From IMG/VR virus record IMGVR_UViG_3300044712_000810, positions 248,001-312,000 of that record: a stretch of 64,000 bases of DNA; one strand, given 5' to 3'. Of this stretch, positions 53,753-63,571 are shown one piece after another. Numbering within the stretch: position 1 is the first letter of the stretch; each line of letters opens with the position of its first letter. Under the pieces are notes generated by a model. That model had not been told where the DNA came from. It made no database searches and was given only the letters and a program-made list of their open reading frames with translations. A program made the position numbers and the translations under genes.

Positions 53753-53970
53753 CATATAGAAATAGTTAATTAAAGAGTTCTGTTCAAAAAAAACAAAACT
53801 CATCTAAGTAGCACCACCCGAAGAAATTCGGTACTTAGATGAAACCACCACCTAAGCAGAACTCAGAGAGGCCTCCCTTCAACCTACAGCACCACCCTAC
53901 TGCTAAAGAGGGAGCCTCAAGACAACAACCAGGACAGTTTCACGACTGCCCTGTTTTCATTTCTTTTTTT
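53753..53970 (+). ncRNA. Candidate sRNA unit C with repeated CACCACC loops
   Basis: CATATAGAAAT; 10-bp stems GAGTTCTGTT/AGCAGAACTC and CATCTAAGTA/TACTTAGATG; three unpaired CACCACC. Confidence 0.55.
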
Positions 53971-53981
53971 GGAGGATTTTT

Positions 53982-54170
53982 ATGGGATGGATTAGAGATA
54001 TAGATTGTCCATTTTGTGAACATGAGTTCGAATGGGAAGTCTGGGAAAATGGTAAATGTCCAAAATGTGGTGAAGAATTTTATTGGTCAGAAGATTGCAC
54101 TGAAGATTATTCAGATTGTTGGGATAGTTTATGGTGGAATAAATGGGATGAAGAAAGGAGAAATAAATGA
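53982..54170 (+). CDS. Zinc-ribbon protein
   Basis: CPFC...CPKC; Trp-rich. Confidence 0.6.
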   Translation: MGWIRDIDCPFCEHEFEWEVWENGKCPKCGEEFYWSEDCTEDYSDCWDSLWWNKWDEERRNK

Positions 54171-55468
54171 AACTTAATTTATTAGATATAAATGAGTTTG
54201 TGACTAAAAACAATGTTAGACAAGTAAGTACAGTTCGTGTATATGAACGTCCAAATAAACTTGATGAAACCGGTCTATTTAGTGAAGTAATCTTTGGTCG
54301 TATTGGTTCAAATGACCGTCGTAAACGCTTTGGTTATATTAATTTAAAATGTCGAGTATTACATCCAGAAACTTATAGTTTACTAGTTCGTTTAGATCCT
54401 TCAATCAGTAAGTTTATAATGCAAAAAGCAACTTATGAACTTAGTGAAAATGGTGAACTCATAGAATCTGAAAATGGTGTTAATGGTGTATATAATCTTG
54501 TTGAATTCTTACCAAAAATGAAATTTGATAAGTTCAAGAATCAAGAAATTGCAAAATTTGTAAAAAAGAATCTTGATAAAATTATCATTGATAAAATTCT
54601 AGTTTTACCTGCAGGTATTCGTGACTTAAAATTATCAAAGATATCTGGTAAATCTCAAGTACAATTTGCTGAAATTAATAAATTATATGAAGCTATTATT
54701 AAACAATCAAACTCAATTCCTGATGATTTGTCTAGTTTACCACAAGAATTCTCATCAAGTTTTGTTCAAACAATTCAAAGAAAAGTACTTGAAATAAATG
54801 AATGGATCAAATCAAAAATGAAAGGTAAGTCTGGTCTTATTCGTGGTGGACTACTTAAGAAAGTAATCGACTACTCCGCCCGTCTTATCATTGTTTCTGA
54901 TCCGACTCTTAAATTAGGTCAACTTGGTTTACCTTGGCAAGTAGTACTTAAACTTTATGAACCATTTACTTTAAATTACTTTTTACATAAAGATCAAACT
55001 TCATTAGCGCTTATTCAAGATAATCTTGGCGCAAACATGACACCAGATATTAATGATCTTAAAAGATTTATTCAAAAAATAAATGAAGATCCAACAAGCA
55101 TTAGTGAACTATTAAAAGACCATCTTATTGCTGCTGCACATGACATTAGTAAAGGTAAAACCATTTTATATAAACGTGACCCGGTTGAAGCTCGTGACAA
55201 CTATATGGGCGCTGATGTTCGTGTTGATCGTGAATCTAGTGTTGCACGTATGAATCCACTTGATCTTCCAAGATGCGGTGGTGACTTTGACGGTGACCAG
55301 ATTGCTATATTCCCACTATTTACAAAAGAAGCAAATGCAGAAGCAAGTGCGAAGTTACATCCATCAAATTCAAAAGCAATGTGGACAAGTTCTGTAAGTT
55401 TAAGCAGACAACCATATTTCTTACAACTTGATGCAGCAACAACTCTTTATGCAATTACTAAGGAGTAA
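54167..55468 (+). CDS. Phage RNA polymerase, beta-prime-like N-terminal/catalytic part
   Basis: GLFSEVIFG...RKRFGYINL, ILVLPAGIR, KGKSGLIRGGLLKKVIDYSAR, KRDP, catalytic GGDFDGD. Confidence 0.9.
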   Translation: MKLNLLDINEFVTKNNVRQVSTVRVYERPNKLDETGLFSEVIFGRIGSNDRRKRFGYINLKCRVLHPETYSLLVRLDPSISKFIMQKATYELSENGELIESENGVNGVYNLVEFLPKMKFDKFKNQEIAKFVKKNLDKIIIDKILVLPAGIRDLKLSKISGKSQVQFAEINKLYEAIIKQSNSIPDDLSSLPQEFSSSFVQTIQRKVLEINEWIKSKMKGKSGLIRGGLLKKVIDYSARLIIVSDPTLKLGQLGLPWQVVLKLYEPFTLNYFLHKDQTSLALIQDNLGANMTPDINDLKRFIQKINEDPTSISELLKDHLIAAAHDISKGKTILYKRDPVEARDNYMGADVRVDRESSVARMNPLDLPRCGGDFDGDQIAIFPLFTKEANAEASAKLHPSNSKAMWTSSVSLSRQPYFLQLDAATTLYAITKE

Positions 55469-55471
55469 AAC

Positions 55472-57415
55472 ATGTCAGAAGATCTATTTAATGAAATAAT
55501 GGGATTCACAGTTGATCCACATCGTATTCAACAAACATCAATGAATCAACCACAACAAGGATATATTGCACCAACAACAATGCAACAACATGATAGACAA
55601 GACTTTGGTATTGAATTTTCACATTGCGCAACAATGGAACCATGGCAACGTAGAATTTCTGACGTTTTAAAACATGGTAAAGATGTATATGTTGTTGCTG
55701 CACCAGGAGGTGGTAAAACACTTCCAGTATTTTGTCACTGGACAAATAATATTCTTAATTTAAATACAATGATGACTGGCCCAGCAAACGATAAAGCATA
55801 TACAGAATGTGTAAAAAATATATTTTTGGAACCTAATAAAATACCAAAAATCCTATTCTTAGTTCCAACAAGATCACTCGCAATGCAAACAGAACAAGAA
55901 GTTCGTGCTGTATTTGGTGATATTATATCACAAACAATGAATCGATTTTTAAAAGTAACACAATTTGAAGAATCGATTGATAGTGAAACTTTTGGACCAT
56001 CCGCACCGGGACATTATACTCCTCATGATGCAGCACAAAGAGCTTATAATAACAATTTACAAAGACAAATATTTGAAAAACTTGGCAATAGCAATTTAAT
56101 AATGATGATGACTGAAATTGCCAGACTTGCGGAAGAACGTCGAAGTGCAACAAACGATTATGAAAAATCAAGAATTCGAAATATAATCGATTCATATAAA
56201 CGTCAATTTAAACAAGAATTAATTGAATCTTTAAGAAATTATATGAATGGAAATCTGTTACGAGTAAAAACTGGCGACTATAATATTGATGGAAATAATG
56301 CATTAGTTCATATTTCTATTTATGAATCCGCAGTAAATATAGTTAATAATATGTCTAACCTAGGATTAATTATTATTGACGAAGCGCACTTAATTCAAAA
56401 GTCAGGTGAAATTGGCGACGAATCACGTAATAGACAAATAGCAGAAGCATTATATACAGTTCTACATAAATTAAAAGGTAGTAAAACAAATATAGTTTTA
56501 CTATCTGGAACTGAACATCCAGAAAGTGCACAAGAAATCATTAAATATTTAAATCATTGTTTTGGAAGAAACTTTGAAAAATCTGATGCACTTATTCAAA
56601 GTTCCAGTGGAAACAGATCACAATTAAGTATTGTTCCAGATGATAGTTTGATGAATGATTCAAAACTTGTCGATATCGTCGTCAACGCTGTAAGGAAAAA
56701 AGATTGGGGTGAATTAATTGTATTATTTTCTGCAAGAAAAATTGTAAAAATTGCAGAAGAAGCAATTAAAAAATTAGGAACAAGAGATTTAAAAACTGTA
56801 AATACTAATGTTCAGTATGGTCATCAATTTACTAGTATTTATGGTAATATAGAAAAACAAGCTCCATCAATGTCAATATCAAGAAATGATGCACATGCTA
56901 TTTCACAACCAAAACCAGAATTATCTGATGCCTCAAATATTAAAGATCCACTATTACGCGCATGTGTATCCGCTGGTTTTGGTTTTTATTTCCGTAATAT
57001 GCCAGATGGTGGTGGCGAAGTAAGTGACAACGATAAGTTTATTGTAAGTAAATTATTTAAAGATAAAAAAATACACGCAATGCTCGCAACAGACGGTGTT
57101 GGTATTGGAGTTAATATTGACGTTAAACGTATTTATATTCCAAGAATTGAAAAATTCGAAGCTATAATTGGTGATAATAAAGAAATTCCATTACGTGACT
57201 TAGCACAAATACTTAACAGAGCTGGTCGTGGTAAAATTCCATTCGCATCAATATTTACACCATCAGGAAATGTTGAAATGGTAAGATCTGCATTATCAGC
57301 TACTGCAGAACAATTCAATGTTGTCCCCGCATATAGTAAAATTGGTTTTGGAATGATATGTCATAAGTTCGAAGCCTTCTATAGTATGTGGAAAGAAATG
57401 TCTGTCAAATTTTAA
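55472..57415 (+). CDS. Superfamily 2 helicase (DEAH/Ski2-like)
   Basis: APGGGKT, LVPTRSLA, IIDEAH, LLSGT, ATDGVGIGVN, QILNRAGR. Confidence 0.85.
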   Translation: MSEDLFNEIMGFTVDPHRIQQTSMNQPQQGYIAPTTMQQHDRQDFGIEFSHCATMEPWQRRISDVLKHGKDVYVVAAPGGGKTLPVFCHWTNNILNLNTMMTGPANDKAYTECVKNIFLEPNKIPKILFLVPTRSLAMQTEQEVRAVFGDIISQTMNRFLKVTQFEESIDSETFGPSAPGHYTPHDAAQRAYNNNLQRQIFEKLGNSNLIMMMTEIARLAEERRSATNDYEKSRIRNIIDSYKRQFKQELIESLRNYMNGNLLRVKTGDYNIDGNNALVHISIYESAVNIVNNMSNLGLIIIDEAHLIQKSGEIGDESRNRQIAEALYTVLHKLKGSKTNIVLLSGTEHPESAQEIIKYLNHCFGRNFEKSDALIQSSSGNRSQLSIVPDDSLMNDSKLVDIVVNAVRKKDWGELIVLFSARKIVKIAEEAIKKLGTRDLKTVNTNVQYGHQFTSIYGNIEKQAPSMSISRNDAHAISQPKPELSDASNIKDPLLRACVSAGFGFYFRNMPDGGGEVSDNDKFIVSKLFKDKKIHAMLATDGVGIGVNIDVKRIYIPRIEKFEAIIGDNKEIPLRDLAQILNRAGRGKIPFASIFTPSGNVEMVRSALSATAEQFNVVPAYSKIGFGMICHKFEAFYSMWKEMSVKF

Positions 57416-57428
57416 TTTTGTCTTAATT

Positions 57429-57439
57429 CATATAGAAAT
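57429..57439 (+). promoter_or_regulatory. Recurrent promoter-like motif
   Basis: CATATAGAAAT. Confidence 0.6.
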
Positions 57440-57643
57440 ATTACAATAACCATCGGTAAGGACAAAAACGTGAAGGAGAAGACATTCGAGCAAATTGCTG
57501 ACGAATTTGATGAAGAATTCGAGAAGCAGATGTTCGCCCTTCTCGACGATGAAGAATATTTAAATTTATTGTTCAAAGTAGAAGAAGAATGTTCAGGTAG
57601 ATCTTGTCGCGCCGATAGGCGTAAAACTGACAAGAAATAATGT

Positions 57644-57720
<77 letters not shown>

Positions 57721-57902
57721 TATTGAAAGTTGGTGGAATCCAGTAAAAGATCCTTATCAGGATCGATGCCAAACCGTGAAGTGGGTCCGAGTCTACGACT
57801 AACGGCACTATCCAACCGGGCATAAAAGAGACTGGTACTTCCACTATCTCGCGGGGGCCTGTTCGCAGGCCCTCCTTTTTAACTTTTATTATAGGAGGAT
57901 AA

Positions 57903-58349
57903 ATGGATTTAGAAACAGCAATAGCATTAGCAGTCGTTGCACATAAAGGTCAAGTTGATAAGGCTGGAAAGCCATATATTCTCCATCCTTTGCGTGTAAT
58001 GAATAAACTTGAAGATGAATATGATATGATTACCGGAGTACTTCACGATACTGTTGAAGATTGTGATGTTACTCTTGATGATTTACGTAAAGCAGGATTT
58101 CATGAAGATATCGTATATGCTGTTGACTGTGTAAGTCGAAGAACAGGCGAATCATATAAAAATTTTATTGGTCGTGTAATGACCGATAAACGCGCAATTC
58201 GAGTAAAAATTGCAGACATTGAAGATAACCTTCAAGTTTGCAGAATGGCTATGATTGATAGTGAAAAGTTTTCCAAATTCACTAACAACATCAAAATGTA
58301 TGTTGAATCTTATACGAAACTAAAAGAACGGCTAAAACTTTTAAAGTGA
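57903..58349 (+). CDS. Stand-alone RelA/SpoT-type HD hydrolase (small alarmone hydrolase / Mesh1-like)
   Basis: AHKGQVDKAGKPYILHP, VLHDTVED, VKIADIEDN. Confidence 0.85.
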   Translation: MDLETAIALAVVAHKGQVDKAGKPYILHPLRVMNKLEDEYDMITGVLHDTVEDCDVTLDDLRKAGFHEDIVYAVDCVSRRTGESYKNFIGRVMTDKRAIRVKIADIEDNLQVCRMAMIDSEKFSKFTNNIKMYVESYTKLKERLKLLK

Positions 58350-58518
58350 GGTTCACATGTTCCAATCTCTTCGTGACTACAAAGACTTGTTCGAAAATAT
58401 CGGACTTGTTGCTTTAATGATCACCGTGTGTTCACTGTTTGTTGGTTCCGGTATTTGGAAAATGTTTTAAACAACCGGCGGGGAAACCCGCCATATTTTA
58501 TTCTTATGATTCTGGTTT

Positions 58519-58529
58519 CATATAAAAAT
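58519..58529 (+). promoter_or_regulatory. Promoter-like motif, AAAAAT variant
   Basis: CATATAAAAAT. Confidence 0.5.
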
Positions 58530-58586
58530 AATCCATAATGACCGGATAACGGTTGTCAATTAAAACAATACATTAAGGAGCCTTTT

Positions 58587-59240
58587 GTGAAGAGAGAACT
58601 TATTTTGGCAGTAAAAGAATCAGATATTAAATTACCCGCGAACGGGTTTACATTAATTACGGAAGAAAATACAATTGAACTTGATGAAACAAACACATGG
58701 TTTGGTCCTAGATGCATTTTAGAAAATGATACGAGTTTCCGACAAATCATTCCATACGCGATTATCAAGAAAGATGATAGTATTCTAATGTATGAACGTC
58801 AAGTAACTGGCGGTGAAGCCCGTTTACATGGTCTTAAATCTATCGGTTTCGGTGGTCACGTAAACCTTCGTGACGACTTCCCAACTGATGATGGAATGTT
58901 CGATGCAGAATATGTAATTCCTGAAAATTTTGTATATAGTGCATATGCGAGAGAATTATATGAAGAATTGGGAGCTAATATATTTGAATACGTCAGTAAT
59001 GTCAATAGCGTTGGATACATTCACTACGCTAACGATTCTGATGTTGATGATGTAAATAAAGTTCATATGGGTATTGTATTTATTGTTGATTTATCATCTG
59101 AGAGTGATGAAGAAACTATCTCTGCAGATGAACTTGAAATCGGCAAATGTACATGGGTTCCTATCTCAGAACTCGAATCACATATTCCTGATATGGAAAT
59201 GTGGAGTAAAGAAGCAAGCAAATATTTGATCGGTCAATAA
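58587..59240 (+). CDS. NUDIX-like phosphoesterase
   Basis: FRQIIPY, SIGFGGHVN, RELYEELG, VHMGIVF. Confidence 0.8.
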   Translation: MKRELILAVKESDIKLPANGFTLITEENTIELDETNTWFGPRCILENDTSFRQIIPYAIIKKDDSILMYERQVTGGEARLHGLKSIGFGGHVNLRDDFPTDDGMFDAEYVIPENFVYSAYARELYEELGANIFEYVSNVNSVGYIHYANDSDVDDVNKVHMGIVFIVDLSSESDEETISADELEIGKCTWVPISELESHIPDMEMWSKEASKYLIGQ

Positions 59241-59278
59241 TTACACTTTGATAATAAAATATAAATAGGAGTCATTTA

Positions 59279-62065
59279 ATGGCTGTTAAGAAGAATCCAT
59301 ATGAAGGTATTAACTGGACTCAAAGAGAAGCTAAAATCGTTGCAATGGACGGAACTGTCAAATTCCAAGAAACAGTTGAGTTTCCTGATTATTTTGATGA
59401 CAATTCCGTTGGGATCGTTGCTAGCAAGTATTTATGTAATAGCGCAAAAAAGAAAGAAAAAAGCCTCAAAGACTTAATTGATCGTGTTTCTGATACGATC
59501 ACTAATTGGGGTGAAAAAGACGGTTACTTTGCAAATAAGAAAGCACGTGATGAATTTAATTATAAACTAAAACGTTATCAAGTACAACAATATTTTGCAT
59601 TTAACTCACCTGTTTATTTTAACGTTGGATTAAAAGATAATCCACAAGGCAGTGCATGTTTCATTCTTGATATTCAAGACAACATGGATAGTATTTTTGA
59701 TGTAGCAAAACTCGAATCACGAATCTTTAAACAGGGTTCTGGATCGGGAATGAATATTAGCACGCTAAGATCTGCTAAAGAACCAGTTACCGCTGGTGGA
59801 TATGCATCTGGTCCAGTTAGTTTCATGAAAGCTCATGATACTGTAGCCGGTGTTATTAAATCTGGTGGTACTCTTAGACGTAGTGCTAAAATGGTATGTA
59901 TGGATGTTGATCATCCAGATATTGAAGAATTTATTAATTGTAAACAATATGAAGAAGAAAAACTTCGTGTATTAAGAAATGCCGGAATTCAATCAAAACC
60001 AGGATGTGAATTAGGCGACGAAGTATTCTATCAAAATACAAATATTTCTGTAAGACTTACAGAAGAATTTATGAATGCCATCGAAACCGATGGAGATTTC
60101 TTCACAAAGTTTGTTGCCAATGGTACTCTTTGTGATAAATTTAAAGCCCGTGATCTACTTAAACTCATTGCACAAAAGGCATGGGAATGTGCTGATCCAG
60201 GTTTAATGTATCATGATAATACAAATAAATGGCACACTTGTAAAAACAGTGGACCAATTGTCGCATCTAATCCATGTGGCGAATTTGTATTTATTAACAA
60301 CTCCGCATGTAATCTTGCAAGTATTAACTTACTTAAAGTATTTAATAAAACTAAATGTGACTTTGAAACATTTAGTGACGTGATTGAGATCGTAACATTA
60401 GCACAAGAAATTATTATCGACAATGCATCATACCCTGATTCTAGGATTCGTGAAAATAGTATTAAGTTTAGACCGATTGGTTTAGGTTATACAAACCTCG
60501 GTGCACTTCTTATGCTCTTTGGTTTCCCATATGATAGCGACGAAGGTCGTGAACTTGCGGCAACAGTAACAGCAATATTAACAGGTGTTTCATATCTTAC
60601 AAGTTCCGCAATTGCTATGCGCAAAGGTCCATTTAGTGGATTTAGTGAAAACAAAGAAGCATTTTATGAAGTAATGGATCTTCACACAAAAGCAGCACGT
60701 GAAAATTTTAGAAATGGAAAAAACAAAGAATTGTGTGAATATGCACTTGATGTTTGGGAAAAGGTCAATGATATTTGTCATAAGAAAGGACCATTTAGAA
60801 ACGCCCAAACAACATTGTTAGCACCAACTGGAACTATTAGTTATCTAATGGGTGCGGCAACAACTGGTATTGAACCTGAATTTAGTCATATCAAATATAA
60901 AAACTTATCTGGTACTGACGGTGGTTGTATTAAACTCGTTAATCCAATTCTTGAACAAACACTTAGAAATCTTGGATATACCGAAAAAGAAGTTCAACTG
61001 ATGAAAGAAGAAATACTTGCATCAGGACATCTAGAAAATAGCCAATACATTAATGATGAACATTTGGCAATCTTTGATACTAGTACTAAACCATTTGGTG
61101 GATCAAGAACGATTCATTATATGGGTCATATCAAAATGCTCGCAGCAGTTCAACCATTCCTAAGTGGAGCTATTAGCAAAACATGTAACTTGCCGAATGA
61201 AATCACGGTTGACGAGATTTATAATATATTTGTCGAAGGCTGGAAAATGGGTCTTAAAGGTATTACCGTTTATCGTGACGGAAGTAAGACTTTTCAAGCA
61301 CTTAGTACATCGTCAAAAGATGAGAAAAAAGAACAACCCACTTTCGACTTGTCCGAATATTTCGGACCCGACGAAGTGGAGGAAGTAAAAAATCAATTAG
61401 AGATTATTAAACAAAAAGTAGTTGCAAGACGTACTAGCCGTAAGAAACTCCCAGATGAAAGAAAGGCCGTAAACCACAAATTTAATATCGGAACAACAAA
61501 AGGTTACATTACATGTGGTCTTTATGACTCTGGTGAAATTGGTGAAGTATTTGTAAAGGTAGCAAAACAAGGAAGTACTCTAGCAGGACTTCTCGATGCA
61601 CTTGCAACAATTACTAGTATTAGTCTACAATATGGCGTACCACTCAAGGTACTAGTAAAGAAACTAATGAATCAAAGATTTGATCCGATGGGATTCACAT
61701 CTAATGAAAACATTAGAACAACTTCAAGTATTGTTGACTATCTATTTAAATATTTGGGAATTAAGTTCCTAAATAAAAAAGACCAAGAAGAACTTGGTAT
61801 TGCACTTAAAAAGAAAATTGTTGAAGAAGTACCAGATCAAAGTGTTGTAAAACAAGTGACTGATGAACTTCTAAATACAATTCTAGGCGATGGTGATTTT
61901 GATTTACCATCAGCTGAAGATGATGACACACAAGAATATATTGATGTATATGATTATTCTGGAGACAGCGTAGGCAGTTGTCCAGAATGTGGTTCCCTTT
62001 TAGTTCGTAAAGGATCTTGCGATTTTTGCGTAAATTGCGCATATAATGGCGGATCTTGCGGCTAA
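59279..62065 (+). CDS. nrdJ: Class II (B12-dependent) ribonucleotide reductase with C-terminal TSCPD-like domain and Zn-ribbon
   Basis: FNSPVYFN, SACFI, ASNPCGEF, ACNLASINL, RPIGLG, LAPTGTIS, AISKTCN, VYRDGS, CPEC...CVNC. Confidence 0.93.
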   Translation: MAVKKNPYEGINWTQREAKIVAMDGTVKFQETVEFPDYFDDNSVGIVASKYLCNSAKKKEKSLKDLIDRVSDTITNWGEKDGYFANKKARDEFNYKLKRYQVQQYFAFNSPVYFNVGLKDNPQGSACFILDIQDNMDSIFDVAKLESRIFKQGSGSGMNISTLRSAKEPVTAGGYASGPVSFMKAHDTVAGVIKSGGTLRRSAKMVCMDVDHPDIEEFINCKQYEEEKLRVLRNAGIQSKPGCELGDEVFYQNTNISVRLTEEFMNAIETDGDFFTKFVANGTLCDKFKARDLLKLIAQKAWECADPGLMYHDNTNKWHTCKNSGPIVASNPCGEFVFINNSACNLASINLLKVFNKTKCDFETFSDVIEIVTLAQEIIIDNASYPDSRIRENSIKFRPIGLGYTNLGALLMLFGFPYDSDEGRELAATVTAILTGVSYLTSSAIAMRKGPFSGFSENKEAFYEVMDLHTKAARENFRNGKNKELCEYALDVWEKVNDICHKKGPFRNAQTTLLAPTGTISYLMGAATTGIEPEFSHIKYKNLSGTDGGCIKLVNPILEQTLRNLGYTEKEVQLMKEEILASGHLENSQYINDEHLAIFDTSTKPFGGSRTIHYMGHIKMLAAVQPFLSGAISKTCNLPNEITVDEIYNIFVEGWKMGLKGITVYRDGSKTFQALSTSSKDEKKEQPTFDLSEYFGPDEVEEVKNQLEIIKQKVVARRTSRKKLPDERKAVNHKFNIGTTKGYITCGLYDSGEIGEVFVKVAKQGSTLAGLLDALATITSISLQYGVPLKVLVKKLMNQRFDPMGFTSNENIRTTSSIVDYLFKYLGIKFLNKKDQEELGIALKKKIVEEVPDQSVVKQVTDELLNTILGDGDFDLPSAEDDDTQEYIDVYDYSGDSVGSCPECGSLLVRKGSCDFCVNCAYNGGSCG

Positions 62066-62072
62066 AAAAGAC

Positions 62073-62112
62073 AAGGACCGGGTATTTCTACCTGGTCCTT
62101 TTTAAATTTTTT
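62073..62112. terminator. Bidirectional terminator
   Basis: AAGGACCGGGTA-TTTC-TACCTGGTCCTT between convergent genes. Confidence 0.75.
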
Positions 62113-62276
62113 TATTGCGGTATCGCAAGCTGGTCATGTTCTTTGGGCGGTTTCTCGACGACAGTGTATTCATCGTGCGAAAGATCGAGGATCTTAATCT
62201 TTTCGACTTTCGCGATATACACTCCGAAGAATCCTCTGACTTGTGTGATTTCGAGCGCATCAATCTCAGTTACCAT
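62112..62276 (-). CDS. Small hypothetical protein
   Basis: MVTEIDALE..., SD GGGAAG; 3' part of track ORF 62112..62507. Confidence 0.45.
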   Translation of the reverse strand: MVTEIDALEITQVRGFFGVYIAKVEKIKILDLSHDEYTVVEKPPKEHDQLAIPQ

Positions 62277-62277
62277 T

Positions 62278-62556
62278 TCACTTCCCCGCTTCTTGTAAAG
62301 TTGATGGCCAAGGACCGAGGTATTGTTTACCTTCCGGATCCTTGATGTATAAGTAGCAAATGGGTCCGAATCTAGCTTCGGTGCCATATTCATGATCGGG
62401 TGAGGCTTCATTGATTTCCCGACAACACTGGATACAATACCACGCATGTGTATATTTGTTCCAGCATTTTGCACGGCGATTATCACACGCTGTGCGATTA
62501 CATTCACCGTTGTACACTTTGCCTTTATTGGGAAGTGTTTCTTCTTTTTGATTCAT
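62278..62556 (-). CDS. Cys-rich hypothetical protein
   Basis: CNRTAC...YCIQCC..IN. Confidence 0.55.
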   Translation of the reverse strand: MNQKEETLPNKGKVYNGECNRTACDNRRAKCWNKYTHAWYCIQCCREINEASPDHEYGTEARFGPICYLYIKDPEGKQYLGPWPSTLQEAGK

Positions 62557-63017
62557 TGATGCATCCTTACAAATCCATCAACGACGTTATTTGGAAGCAC
62601 GAACTGATCGACTTCCAAATTGTTGTACAACGTGTCAAAATCCATACCGTCGTTAAGAGCTTCCAGAAACAGGATCAAATCCCGTCTGGTTTTGATCGTT
62701 GAAAGACGATCATACTTCTGATGGTTACCATATGCAGAACATATGGCGTACATATCGGGTCTGTCAATTGGAACCGCGTTCACAGGTTTGTGCGCATAGA
62801 TATATGAGCCAACGGCTCGACATAATATCTTAAGATTATCCGGCACACCTGTGATCTTCACACCTTTTTCGGTTTTGTCATACCGAAGGTATAAAGCATC
62901 TGAATCAAGTCGAATCACGCGATATCCATTGTCGACTAAACTGAACAGAATGGTTAAGATTTGTTCAATGTTATGAAACGTGATTGAATCATTAATCGAT
63001 GAATACATTTGAAACAT
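62553..63017 (-). CDS. Hypothetical protein
   Basis: SD GGAGG; minus-strand promoter motif upstream. Confidence 0.6.
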   Translation of the reverse strand: MFQMYSSINDSITFHNIEQILTILFSLVDNGYRVIRLDSDALYLRYDKTEKGVKITGVPDNLKILCRAVGSYIYAHKPVNAVPIDRPDMYAICSAYGNHQKYDRLSTIKTRRDLILFLEALNDGMDFDTLYNNLEVDQFVLPNNVVDGFVRMHQ

Positions 63018-63058
63018 GAGGATGCCTCCCAAGTTTATAGGTTAATCTATACTTAAAT

Positions 63059-63069
63059 ATTTCTATATA
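63059..63069 (-). promoter_or_regulatory. Recurrent promoter-like motif on the minus strand
   Basis: Reverse complement TATATAGAAAT. Confidence 0.65.
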
Positions 63070-63075
63070 AGTGAA

Positions 63076-63570
63076 TTGAATATTAAAATAAAAAATGAGG
63101 TAGTTATGGATAATTCATCATTATTAAATAATATTCTGAATTTTTTAAAATTTAATGATAAACGTAATTTTTCTAAACCATTAAAGGAATTACCAAAAGA
63201 TGAAACAAACCCATTTGAAAGTGAAATTGATGAACAAGAATTAAAAACGGAAATAAGTAAACATTTAGACTTATTACCAACAGATGTTTTTGAAATAGAT
63301 TTTGAAAACGTCAAATTAAGTAAACAAGGTTTTAGCGCTTTATTAGAATCCATATTTGAGACTCACAAGAAATCCTTAAATTCATTAGAAGAAGGACAAG
63401 AAGATGAGTTTCATATGGACAATGTTTTTGAAAAGAGACATGTTAAAACATATTATACGATTAAAAAACAACTTGTAATATGTGCATCAATTAACATGTT
63501 ATTAGGTATATTTGAAATTCCCGAAGAACACTGGGAAGTTGACTATAATGATGAAATAAGGTGGCATTAA
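63076..63570 (+). CDS. Acidic hypothetical protein
   Basis: 164-aa ORF; true start probably ATG 63106. Confidence 0.5.
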   Translation: MNIKIKNEVVMDNSSLLNNILNFLKFNDKRNFSKPLKELPKDETNPFESEIDEQELKTEISKHLDLLPTDVFEIDFENVKLSKQGFSALLESIFETHKKSLNSLEEGQEDEFHMDNVFEKRHVKTYYTIKKQLVICASINMLLGIFEIPEEHWEVDYNDEIRWH

Positions 63571-63571
63571 A

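Noticed and set aside
59279-62065. Intein or intron in RNR or RNAP genes
   Set aside because: Lengths and motif spacing look uninterrupted; no intein HN-C/S or LAGLIDADG blocks were recognised.
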